Origin: Lepidodermella squamata
Taxonomy: Eukaryota; Animalia; Gastrotricha
Direction: 5' to 3'
DNA: 64,000 nt
NCBI GenBank assembly: GCA_047495785.1
Contig: JBLDXI010000019.1
Span: forward strand, 3,286,001-3,350,000
Made by a program: the position numbers and the translations under genes. Positions 38,283 to 49,538 of the stretch are shown here, one piece after another (position 1 is the stretch's first letter; each line of letters opens with the position of its first letter). Under the pieces are notes generated by a model that was given only the letters and a program-made list of their open reading frames with translations, had not been told where the DNA came from and searched no databases.

Positions 38283-39497
38283 TGTACGAAGTCGTAAGGG
38301 AAAGAAACTCTCGAATTTCTCAAAAGAAAAAAAGCAATAATGACGGCGGCTCATATGCTTCTTTCGATGAGCAGTTTTGCTCTCAGAGTATGCGTAGTAT
38401 AACTAAGCGCCTTCAATAACAAAATATATAATATAATAAAAGAAATGCCTCGAAATTTTGAAATAGTTTGTTCAGCTTCTGTTTTGTTATGTTGGAACCA
38501 GCTCGCTAGCGCGGACGACAAAACTGCCGATCGAAAGGAGCATATTACAGTGCTCCCTCGTTAAAGACACTCTTTTTAAAAGACCGTTTTCTTATTGAGG
38601 GCGTTTACGATAGGGAGAGGATCAGCGCCCCAGATGATGCCTATGTTTTTGCATTCTCATAATAAATGAAATTCGCATAGCTAGTAAATACGCGATTGAA
38701 AAATCACAGGTCTTATTTCCCAAAGCGTAAAGCCTGAAGTCTTCGATTCTGTTCTAGTTCTTTTATATTACTTAAATCAGGGAAACGGGAAACTAACAAC
38801 TTTGCATTATCTTTTTCGATGGTTCGGCGATTCGTCTCTAAAAATGCAAAAATCAGCATCTCGAAGCTGGGTTTTTCACTAAAAAGGATGGAATTTTAGG
38901 CCTTCTTCTAACTTCTTTCCGGAAAGATTCCAGATTGTTGAGAATTCGGTCTAATGAGCAAGTAAACTGTTGGCTTGAGAGAATAGAAAATATAAGAAAA
39001 AGAGTTATAAAATTATTTGTTATAAAAGCACGAAACTTGCTAATTTTCGATCCAAGAAATCCCTAAACCTGGCCGGCTTTGAAGGTCTTAAAAGTGTACG
39101 CCGATTAAATATACCCCACCCCTTTCCTCAACGGTTTCAATACGGATTAATCTATTGTGTCTGTCGCTGAGCGTGGTCTAGTGAGCAAAAATCGAAACAC
39201 TGGTATAAAGGCTGTCCTTCTCTTGGAGAGTTTGACCGGTGACAGCTCAATCAACGAATAAATTGCCGGCTGTAAAACCAAAAAAACCCAGCCAAAATTA
39301 AACCGGTGACTTTATTAGTGGTTATTATTTGCTCAATCACAGACGCCTTAGAATTTCTAGGTAAAATCCCTTATTTGGCTACTCAAGTTGAAAGATTTTA
39401 GGTGTCAAGGATAAAGGATAGACATTGACGATGGGAACATGATGTCAATAATCGCCATTTAGTCATTATTAAGTTCACACCTTCGGTCGCTCTCAAC

Positions 39498-39774
39498 TCA
39501 CGGCCAGGCAGCCGAAGAAATGCAGCTGCAGCCATTGCTGAAACAAGCTTTAACTTTACCAGAGGGGCACGACTTGCCTCTGCCTGCCTCTTCCTGCGCT
39601 TGTTCAGCATTTCGGCTGCTTGGCTGCGCCACGGGTCCATCGCCACTGAACTCCGCTTCAGCGATTACGACAGATGAAACCTGCAAACCCGATATCATCA
39701 TTCATAACCAAAATCCGGAGAAAAAGGGCTGCGTAACCTACCAGAAGAGCGATGATCGCAAATAATTTCAGCAT
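39498..39774 (-). CDS. Secreted Cys-rich prepropeptide, copy 10
   Basis: Same as copy 1. Confidence 0.8.
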
Positions 39775-40989
39775 TGTACGAAGTCGTAAGGGAAAGAAAC
39801 TCTCGAATTTCTCAAAAGAAAAAAAGCAATAATGACGGCGGCTCATATGCTTCTTTCGATGAGCAGTTTTGCTCTCAGAGTATGCGTAGTATAACTAAGC
39901 GCCTTCAATAACAAAATATATAATATAATAAAAGAAATGCCTCGAAATTTTGAAATAGTTTGTTCAGCTTCTGTTTTGTTATGTTGGAACCAGCTCGCTA
40001 GCGCGGACGACAAAACTGCCGATCGAAAGGAGCATATTACAGTGCTCCCTCGTTAAAGACACTCTTTTTAAAAGACCGTTTTCTTATTGAGGGCGTTTAC
40101 GATAGGGAGAGGATCAGCGCCCCAGATGATGCCTATGTTTTTGCATTCTCATAATAAATGAAATTCGCATAGCTAGTAAATACGCGATTGAAAAATCACA
40201 GGTCTTATTTCCCAAAGCGTAAAGCCTGAAGTCTTCGATTCTGTTCTAGTTCTTTTATATTACTTAAATCAGGGAAACGGGAAACTAACAACTTTGCATT
40301 ATCTTTTTCGATGGTTCGGCGATTCGTCTCTAAAAATGCAAAAATCAGCATCTCGAAGCTGGGTTTTTCACTAAAAAGGATGGAATTTTAGGCCTTCTTC
40401 TAACTTCTTTCCGGAAAGATTCCAGATTGTTGAGAATTCGGTCTAATGAGCAAGTAAACTGTTGGCTTGAGAGAATAGAAAATATAAGAAAAAGAGTTAT
40501 AAAATTATTTGTTATAAAAGCACGAAACTTGCTAATTTTCGATCCAAGAAATCCCTAAACCTGGCCGGCTTTGAAGGTCTTAAAAGTGTACGCCGATTAA
40601 ATATACCCCACCCCTTTCCTCAACGGTTTCAATACGGATTAATCTATTGTGTCTGTCGCTGAGCGTGGTCTAGTGAGCAAAAATCGAAACACTGGTATAA
40701 AGGCTGTCCTTCTCTTGGAGAGTTTGACCGGTGACAGCTCAATCAACGAATAAATTGCCGGCTGTAAAACCAAAAAAACCCAGCCAAAATTAAACCGGTG
40801 ACTTTATTAGTGGTTATTATTTGCTCAATCACAGACGCCTTAGAATTTCTAGGTAAAATCCCTTATTTGGCTACTCAAGTTGAAAGATTTTAGGTGTCAA
40901 GGATAAAGGATAGACATTGACGATGGGAACATGATGTCAATAATCGCCATTTAGTCATTATTAAGTTCACACCTTCGGTCGCTCTCAAC

Positions 40990-41266
40990 TCACGGCCAGG
41001 CAGCCGAAGAAATGCAGCTGCAGCCATTGCTGAAACAAGCTTTAACTTTACCAGAGGGGCACGACTTGCCTCTGCCTGCCTCTTCCTGCGCTTGTTCAGC
41101 ATTTCGGCTGCTTGGCTGCGCCACGGGTCCATCGCCACTGAACTCCGCTTCAGCGATTACGACAGATGAAACCTGCAAACCCGATATCATCATTCATAAC
41201 CAAAATCCGGAGAAAAAGGGCTGCGTAACCTACCAGAAGAGCGATGATCGCAAATAATTTCAGCAT
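40990..41266 (-). CDS. Secreted Cys-rich prepropeptide, copy 11
   Basis: Same as copy 1. Confidence 0.8.
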
Positions 41267-42481
41267 TGTACGAAGTCGTAAGGGAAAGAAACTCTCGAAT
41301 TTCTCAAAAGAAAAAAAGCAATAATGACGGCGGCTCATATGCTTCTTTCGATGAGCAGTTTTGCTCTCAGAGTATGCGTAGTATAACTAAGCGCCTTCAA
41401 TAACAAAATATATAATATAATAAAAGAAATGCCTCGAAATTTTGAAATAGTTTGTTCAGCTTCTGTTTTGTTATGTTGGAACCAGCTCGCTAGCGCGGAC
41501 GACAAAACTGCCGATCGAAAGGAGCATATTACAGTGCTCCCTCGTTAAAGACACTCTTTTTAAAAGACCGTTTTCTTATTGAGGGCGTTTACGATAGGGA
41601 GAGGATCAGCGCCCCAGATGATGCCTATGTTTTTGCATTCTCATAATAAATGAAATTCGCATAGCTAGTAAATACGCGATTGAAAAATCACAGGTCTTAT
41701 TTCCCAAAGCGTAAAGCCTGAAGTCTTCGATTCTGTTCTAGTTCTTTTATATTACTTAAATCAGGGAAACGGGAAACTAACAACTTTGCATTATCTTTTT
41801 CGATGGTTCGGCGATTCGTCTCTAAAAATGCAAAAATCAGCATCTCGAAGCTGGGTTTTTCACTAAAAAGGATGGAATTTTAGGCCTTCTTCTAACTTCT
41901 TTCCGGAAAGATTCCAGATTGTTGAGAATTCGGTCTAATGAGCAAGTAAACTGTTGGCTTGAGAGAATAGAAAATATAAGAAAAAGAGTTATAAAATTAT
42001 TTGTTATAAAAGCACGAAACTTGCTAATTTTCGATCCAAGAAATCCCTAAACCTGGCCGGCTTTGAAGGTCTTAAAAGTGTACGCCGATTAAATATACCC
42101 CACCCCTTTCCTCAACGGTTTCAATACGGATTAATCTATTGTGTCTGTCGCTGAGCGTGGTCTAGTGAGCAAAAATCGAAACACTGGTATAAAGGCTGTC
42201 CTTCTCTTGGAGAGTTTGACCGGTGACAGCTCAATCAACGAATAAATTGCCGGCTGTAAAACCAAAAAAACCCAGCCAAAATTAAACCGGTGACTTTATT
42301 AGTGGTTATTATTTGCTCAATCACAGACGCCTTAGAATTTCTAGGTAAAATCCCTTATTTGGCTACTCAAGTTGAAAGATTTTAGGTGTCAAGGATAAAG
42401 GATAGACATTGACGATGGGAACATGATGTCAATAATCGCCATTTAGTCATTATTAAGTTCACACCTTCGGTCGCTCTCAAC

Positions 42482-42758
42482 TCACGGCCAGGCAGCCGAA
42501 GAAATGCAGCTGCAGCCATTGCTGAAACAAGCTTTAACTTTACCAGAGGGGCACGACTTGCCTCTGCCTGCCTCTTCCTGCGCTTGTTCAGCATTTCGGC
42601 TGCTTGGCTGCGCCACGGGTCCATCGCCACTGAACTCCGCTTCAGCGATTACGACAGATGAAACCTGCAAACCCGATATCATCATTCATAACCAAAATCC
42701 GGAGAAAAAGGGCTGCGTAACCTACCAGAAGAGCGATGATCGCAAATAATTTCAGCAT
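42482..42758 (-). CDS. Secreted Cys-rich prepropeptide, copy 12
   Basis: Same as copy 1. Confidence 0.8.
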
Positions 42759-43973
42759 TGTACGAAGTCGTAAGGGAAAGAAACTCTCGAATTTCTCAAA
42801 AGAAAAAAAGCAATAATGACGGCGGCTCATATGCTTCTTTCGATGAGCAGTTTTGCTCTCAGAGTATGCGTAGTATAACTAAGCGCCTTCAATAACAAAA
42901 TATATAATATAATAAAAGAAATGCCTCGAAATTTTGAAATAGTTTGTTCAGCTTCTGTTTTGTTATGTTGGAACCAGCTCGCTAGCGCGGACGACAAAAC
43001 TGCCGATCGAAAGGAGCATATTACAGTGCTCCCTCGTTAAAGACACTCTTTTTAAAAGACCGTTTTCTTATTGAGGGCGTTTACGATAGGGAGAGGATCA
43101 GCGCCCCAGATGATGCCTATGTTTTTGCATTCTCATAATAAATGAAATTCGCATAGCTAGTAAATACGCGATTGAAAAATCACAGGTCTTATTTCCCAAA
43201 GCGTAAAGCCTGAAGTCTTCGATTCTGTTCTAGTTCTTTTATATTACTTAAATCAGGGAAACGGGAAACTAACAACTTTGCATTATCTTTTTCGATGGTT
43301 CGGCGATTCGTCTCTAAAAATGCAAAAATCAGCATCTCGAAGCTGGGTTTTTCACTAAAAAGGATGGAATTTTAGGCCTTCTTCTAACTTCTTTCCGGAA
43401 AGATTCCAGATTGTTGAGAATTCGGTCTAATGAGCAAGTAAACTGTTGGCTTGAGAGAATAGAAAATATAAGAAAAAGAGTTATAAAATTATTTGTTATA
43501 AAAGCACGAAACTTGCTAATTTTCGATCCAAGAAATCCCTAAACCTGGCCGGCTTTGAAGGTCTTAAAAGTGTACGCCGATTAAATATACCCCACCCCTT
43601 TCCTCAACGGTTTCAATACGGATTAATCTATTGTGTCTGTCGCTGAGCGTGGTCTAGTGAGCAAAAATCGAAACACTGGTATAAAGACTGTCCTTCTCTT
43701 GGAGAGTTTGACCGGTGACAGCTCAATCAACGAATAAATTGCCGGCTGTAAAACCAAAAAAACCCAGCCAAAATTAAACCGGTGACTTTATTAGTGGTTA
43801 TTATTTGCTCAATCACAGACGCCTTAGAATTTCTAGGTAAAATCCCTTATTTGGCTACTCAAGTTGAAAGATTTTAGGTGTCAAGGATAAAGGATAGACA
43901 TTGACGATGGGAACATGATGTCAATAATCGCCATTTAGTCATTATTAAGTTCACACCTTCGGTCGCTCTCAAC

Positions 43974-44250
43974 TCACGGCCAGGCAGCCGAAGAAATGCA
44001 GCTGCAGCCATTGCTGAAACAAGCTTTAACTTTACCAGAGGGGCACGACTTGCCTCTGCCTGCCTCTTCCTGCGCTTGTTCAGCATTTCGGCTGCTTGGC
44101 TGCGCCACGGGTCCATCGCCACTGAACTCCGCTTCAGCGATTACGACAGATGAAACCTGCAAACCCGATATCATCATTCATAACCAAAATCCGGAGAAAA
44201 AGGGCTGCGTAACCTACCAGAAGAGCGATGATCGCAAATAATTTCAGCAT
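43974..44250 (-). CDS. Secreted Cys-rich prepropeptide, copy 13
   Basis: Same coding sequence; flanking SNPs at 43687 and 44741. Confidence 0.8.
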
Positions 44251-45465
44251 TGTACGAAGTCGTAAGGGAAAGAAACTCTCGAATTTCTCAAAAGAAAAAA
44301 AGCAATAATGACGGCGGCTCATATGCTTCTTTCGATGAGCAGTTTTGCTCTCAGAGTATGCGTAGTATAACTAAGCGCCTTCAATAACAAAATATATAAT
44401 ATAATAAAAGAAATGCCTCGAAATTTTGAAATAGTTTGTTCAGCTTCTGTTTTGTTATGTTGGAACCAGCTCGCTAGCGCGGACGACAAAACTGCCGATC
44501 GAAAGGAGCATATTACAGTGCTCCCTCGTTAAAGACACTCTTTTTAAAAGACCGTTTTCTTATTGAGGGCGTTTACGATAGGGAGAGGATCAGCGCCCCA
44601 GATGATGCCTATGTTTTTGCATTCTCATAATAAATGAAATTCGCATAGCTAGTAAATACGCGATTGAAAAATCACAGGTCTTATTTCCCAAAGCGTAAAG
44701 CCTGAAGTCTTCGATTCTGTTCTAGTTCTTTTATATTACTGAAATCAGGGAAACGGGAAACTAACAACTTTGCATTATCTTTTTCGATGGTTCGGCGATT
44801 CGTCTCTAAAAATGCAAAAATCAGCATCTCGAAGCTGGGTTTTTCACTAAAAAGGATGGAATTTTAGGCCTTCTTCTAACTTCTTTCCGGAAAGATTCCA
44901 GATTGTTGAGAATTCGGTCTAATGAGCAAGTAAACTGTTGGCTTGAGAGAATAGAAAATATAAGAAAAAGAGTTATAAAATTATTTGTTATAAAAGCACG
45001 AAACTTGCTAATTTTCGATCCAAGAAATCCCTAAACCTGGCCGGCTTTGAAGGTCTTAAAAGTGTACGCCGATTAAATATACCCCACCCCTTTCCTCAAC
45101 GGTTTCAATACGGATTAATCTATTGTGTCTGTCGCTGAGCGTGGTCTAGTGAGCAAAAATCGAAACACTGGTATAAAGGCTGTCCTTCTCTTGGAGAGTT
45201 TGACCGGTGACAGCTCAATCAACGAATAAATTGCCGGCTGTAAAACCAAAAAAACCCAGCCAAAATTAAACCGGTGACTTTATTAGTGGTTATTATTTGC
45301 TCAATCACAGACGCCTTAGAATTTCTAGGTAAAATCCCTTATTTGGCTACTCAAGTTGAAAGATTTTAGGTGTCAAGGATAAAGGATAGACATTGACGAT
45401 GGGAACATGATGTCAATAATCGCCATTTAGTCATTATTAAGTTCACACCTTCGGTCGCTCTCAAC

Positions 45466-45742
45466 TCACGGCCAGGCAGCCGAAGAAATGCAGCTGCAGC
45501 CATTGCTGAAACAAGCTTTAACTTTACCAGAGGGGCACGACTTGCCTCTGCCTGCCTCTTCCTGCGCTTGTTCAGCATTTCGGCTGCTTGGCTGCGCCAC
45601 GGGTCCATCGCCACTGAACTCCGCTTCAGCGATTACGACAGATGAAACCTGCAAACCCGATATCATCATTCATAACCAAAATCCGGAGAAAAAGGGCTGC
45701 GTAACCTACCAGAAGAGCGATGATCGCAAATAATTTCAGCAT
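45466..45742 (-). CDS. Secreted Cys-rich prepropeptide, copy 14
   Basis: Same as copy 1. Confidence 0.8.
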
Positions 45743-46957
45743 TGTACGAAGTCGTAAGGGAAAGAAACTCTCGAATTTCTCAAAAGAAAAAAAGCAATAA
45801 TGACGGCGGCTCATATGCTTCTTTCGATGAGCAGTTTTGCTCTCAGAGTATGCGTAGTATAACTAAGCGCCTTCAATAACAAAATATATAATATAATAAA
45901 AGAAATGCCTCGAAATTTTGAAATAGTTTGTTCAGCTTCTGTTTTGTTATGTTGGAACCAGCTCGCTAGCGCGGACGACAAAACTGCCGATCGAAAGGAG
46001 CATATTACAGTGCTCCCTCGTTAAAGACACTCTTTTTAAAAGACCGTTTTCTTATTGAGGGCGTTTACGATAGGGAGAGGATCAGCGCCCCAGATGATGC
46101 CTATGTTTTTGCATTCTCATAATAAATGAAATTCGCATAGCTAGTAAATACGCGATTGAAAAATCACAGGTCTTATTTCCCAAAGCGTAAAGCCTGAAGT
46201 CTTCGATTCTGTTCTAGTTCTTTTATATTACTTAAATCAGGGAAACGGGAAACTAACAACTTTGCATTATCTTTTTCGATGGTTCGGCGATTCGTCTCTA
46301 AAAATGCAAAAATCAGCATCTCGAAGCTGGGTTTTTCACTAAAAAGGATGGAATTTTAGGCCTTCTTCTAACTTCTTTCCGGAAAGATTCCAGATTGTTG
46401 AGAATTCGGTCTAATGAGCAAGTAAACTGTTGGCTTGAGAGAATAGAAAATATAAGAAAAAGAGTTATAAAATTATTTGTTATAAAAGCACGAAACTTGC
46501 TAATTTTCGATCCAAGAAATCCCTAAACCTGGCCGGCTTTGAAGGTCTTAAAAGTGTACGCCGATTAAATATACCCCACCCCTTTCCTCAACGGTTTCAA
46601 TACGGATTAATCTATTGTGTCTGTCGCTGAGCGTGGTCTAGTGAGCAAAAATCGAAACACTGGTATAAAGGCTGTCCTTCTCTTGGAGAGTTTGACCGGT
46701 GACAGCTCAATCAACGAATAAATTGCCGGCTGTAAAACCAAAAAAACCCAGCCAAAATTAAACCGGTGACTTTATTAGTGGTTATTATTTGCTCAATCAC
46801 AGACGCCTTAGAATTTCTAGGTAAAATCCCTTATTTGGCTACTCAAGTTGAAAGATTTTAGGTGTCAAGGATAAAGGATAGACATTGACGATGGGAACAT
46901 GATGTCAATAATCGCCATTTAGTCATTATTAAGTTCACACCTTCGGTCGCTCTCAAC

Positions 46958-47234
46958 TCACGGCCAGGCAGCCGAAGAAATGCAGCTGCAGCCATTGCTG
47001 AAACAAGCTTTAACTTTACCAGAGGGGCACGACTTGCCTCTGCCTGCCTCTTCCTGCGCTTGTTCAGCATTTCGGCTGCTTGGCTGCGCCACGGGTCCAT
47101 CGCCACTGAACTCCGCTTCAGCGATTACGACAGATGAAACCTGCAAACCCGATATCATCATTCATAACCAAAATCCGGAGAAAAAGGGCTGCGTAACCTA
47201 CCAGAAGAGCGATGATCGCAAATAATTTCAGCAT
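46958..47234 (-). CDS. Secreted Cys-rich prepropeptide, copy 15
   Basis: Same as copy 1. Confidence 0.8.
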
Positions 47235-48322
47235 TGTACGAAGTCGTAAGGGAAAGAAACTCTCGAATTTCTCAAAAGAAAAAAAGCAATAATGACGGCG
47301 GCTCATATGCTTCTTTCGATGAGCAGTTTTGCTCTCAGAGTATGCGTAGTATAACTAAGCGCCTTCAATAACAAAATATATAATATAATAAAAGAAATGC
47401 CTCGAAATTTTGAAATAGTTTGTTCAGCTTCTGTTTTGTTATGTTGGAACCAGCTCGCTAGCGCGGACGACAAAACTGCCGATCGAAAGGAGCATATTAC
47501 AGTGCTCCCTCGTTAAAGACACTCTTTTTAAAAGACCGTTTTCTTATTGAGGGCGTTTACGATAGGGAGAGGATCAGCGCCCCAGATGATGCCTATGTTT
47601 TTGCATTCTCATAATAAATGAAATTCGCATAGCTAGTAAATACGCGATTGAAAAATCACAGGTCTTATTTCCCAAAGCGTAAAGCCTGAAGTCTTCGATT
47701 CTGTTCTAGTTCTTTTATATTACTTAAATCAGGGAAACGGGAAACTAACAACTTTGCATTATCTTTTTCGATGGTTCGGCGATTCGTCTCTAAAAATGCA
47801 AAAATCAGCATCTCGAAGCTGGGTTTTTCACTAAAAAGGATGGAATTTTAGGCCTTCTTCTAACTTCTTTCCGGAAAGATTCCAGATTGTTGAGAATTCG
47901 GTCTAATGAGCAAGTAAACTGTTGGCTTGAGAGAATAGAAAATATAAGAAAAAGAGTTATAAAATTATTTGTTATAAAAGCACGAAACTTGCTAATTTTC
48001 GATCCAAGAAATCCCTAAACCTGGCCGGCTTTGAAGGTCTTAAAAGTGTACGCCGATTAAATATACCCCACCCCTTTCCTCAACGGTTTCAATACGGATT
48101 AATCTATTGTGTCTGTCGCTGAGCGTGGTCTAGTGAGCAAAAATCGAAACACTGGTATAAAGGCTGTCCTTCTCTTGGAGAGTTTGACCGGTGACAGCTC
48201 AATCAACGAATAAATTGCCGGCTGTAAAACCAAAAAAACCCAGCCAAAATTAAACCGGTGACTTTATTAGTGGTTATTATTTGCTCAATCACAGACGCCT
48301 TAGAATTTCTAGGTAAAATCCC

Positions 48323-49538
48323 TGCTTAGGTCATTGTACCATCCGAGGAAGTAAGGCCTTGGCTGTTGGTCACCGTGTTCGGGTAACTGGGCCATAACCC
48401 AGGATGAACCAATTGAACTGCCTGTGATAATGTTCAATTTATAACTGCTACGAGCCCTAGATAGCATGGGGGCAATATATATTCATGCTCTAATGTCATT
48501 CATATGTGCCTATAGCGCCGGCCGGCGGAGGGCCTATATAAATAAAACTACGACATGCTAACCAATTGATTCGGTCAAGTTAATCATTCAAAGCCAGAAG
48601 CGTCTACAGTATGCAAAACACAATGATTGATTCGAATTGAAATGTTAAATAACATTCCATACCACTGTATTCCACGATAAGAACGCCTTTAGTACTAGCG
48701 AAAATCCTAGCATTCCTAGTTGGTCAGGCTGCCGAGTATCCACATTTTCATAACTTATAGTTTCAAAGAGGATAATTTGACCTCTATTACCACAGATGAT
48801 TTTATAGCGAAATTCGAAGGAATATTTATTATTGAATCGGAGGGACTTGAACATGCTAAGAATGTCTGTGGCGATCGCATTGTCTTATTGGCCTAGTGCC
48901 TGCTAATTTATTTTAGTGCTGCTTGGTTTTAACGAACACTCGAGACTTGCAAAACACATACTTGCGGTGGCGTAAGCGTGTTTTAATTAGTAGGATCGAA
49001 GCATAACTTTAGGCCGCGCACACGAAGCTCGAATTTTAGAACCGGTTCCAGCGCCGGAACCACTTGGTCAGTTGACTCGCTTCTGCCGACTTCGGAACTA
49101 TGATCGCCCAGCACCATCCCAGCATTCAGCCATTCAACACCTACAAAATCCTTAAAAATGCAAATATGTTTTTATTATGAGAAAAGCCTTACAAAACAAT
49201 TTAGGTAAAGCCATAATTTTTCAATCATGTAAGACTAGTCATGGGAAAATTGAAGTCGTGTGATCATTTGAGCGTTCTAATTGTTTTTCTCCGATCAAAT
49301 CGCATGTAATTTTTTTCAAACGATCACACGATGATCTACAAAAGGTATTTTCGATGTTGTCTTTCTAATACAAGTATCAAACCGATCGGTTGCGATTTCC
49401 TAAACGGTAAAAGCATTGAGAACCAAGCTCCCAAAATTATCAAGATTCATCGGCTTCCTGAAGCGTGCTGTTGCAGGCTCGGAATGACGACTGACAGGGA
49501 GGCCAAAACTGAAACAACCAAACAGGAGTAACCGAGCG
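48323..49538 (+). repeat. Segmental duplication copy B, including a 5' fragment of the 11638-12958 GPCR
   Basis: Matches 12847-13649 plus 16585-16985. Lacks the 2.9-kb TIR element and carries its own 143-bp insertion. Confidence 0.9.
48417..48559 (+). mobile_element. 143-bp insertion with 10-bp target duplication
   Basis: AACCAATTGA at 48407-48416 and 48560-48569. Single copy of this 10-mer at the empty site (~12931-12940). Confidence 0.85.

Larger units (their letters stand above)
25627..48323. repeat. 1492-bp tandem array, 15.2 near-identical units, each carrying a secreted-peptide gene
   Basis: Exact 1492-bp periodicity of ORFs. Only a few substitutions were seen (27754, 33722, 29821, 44741, 43687). 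Confidence 0.98.
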
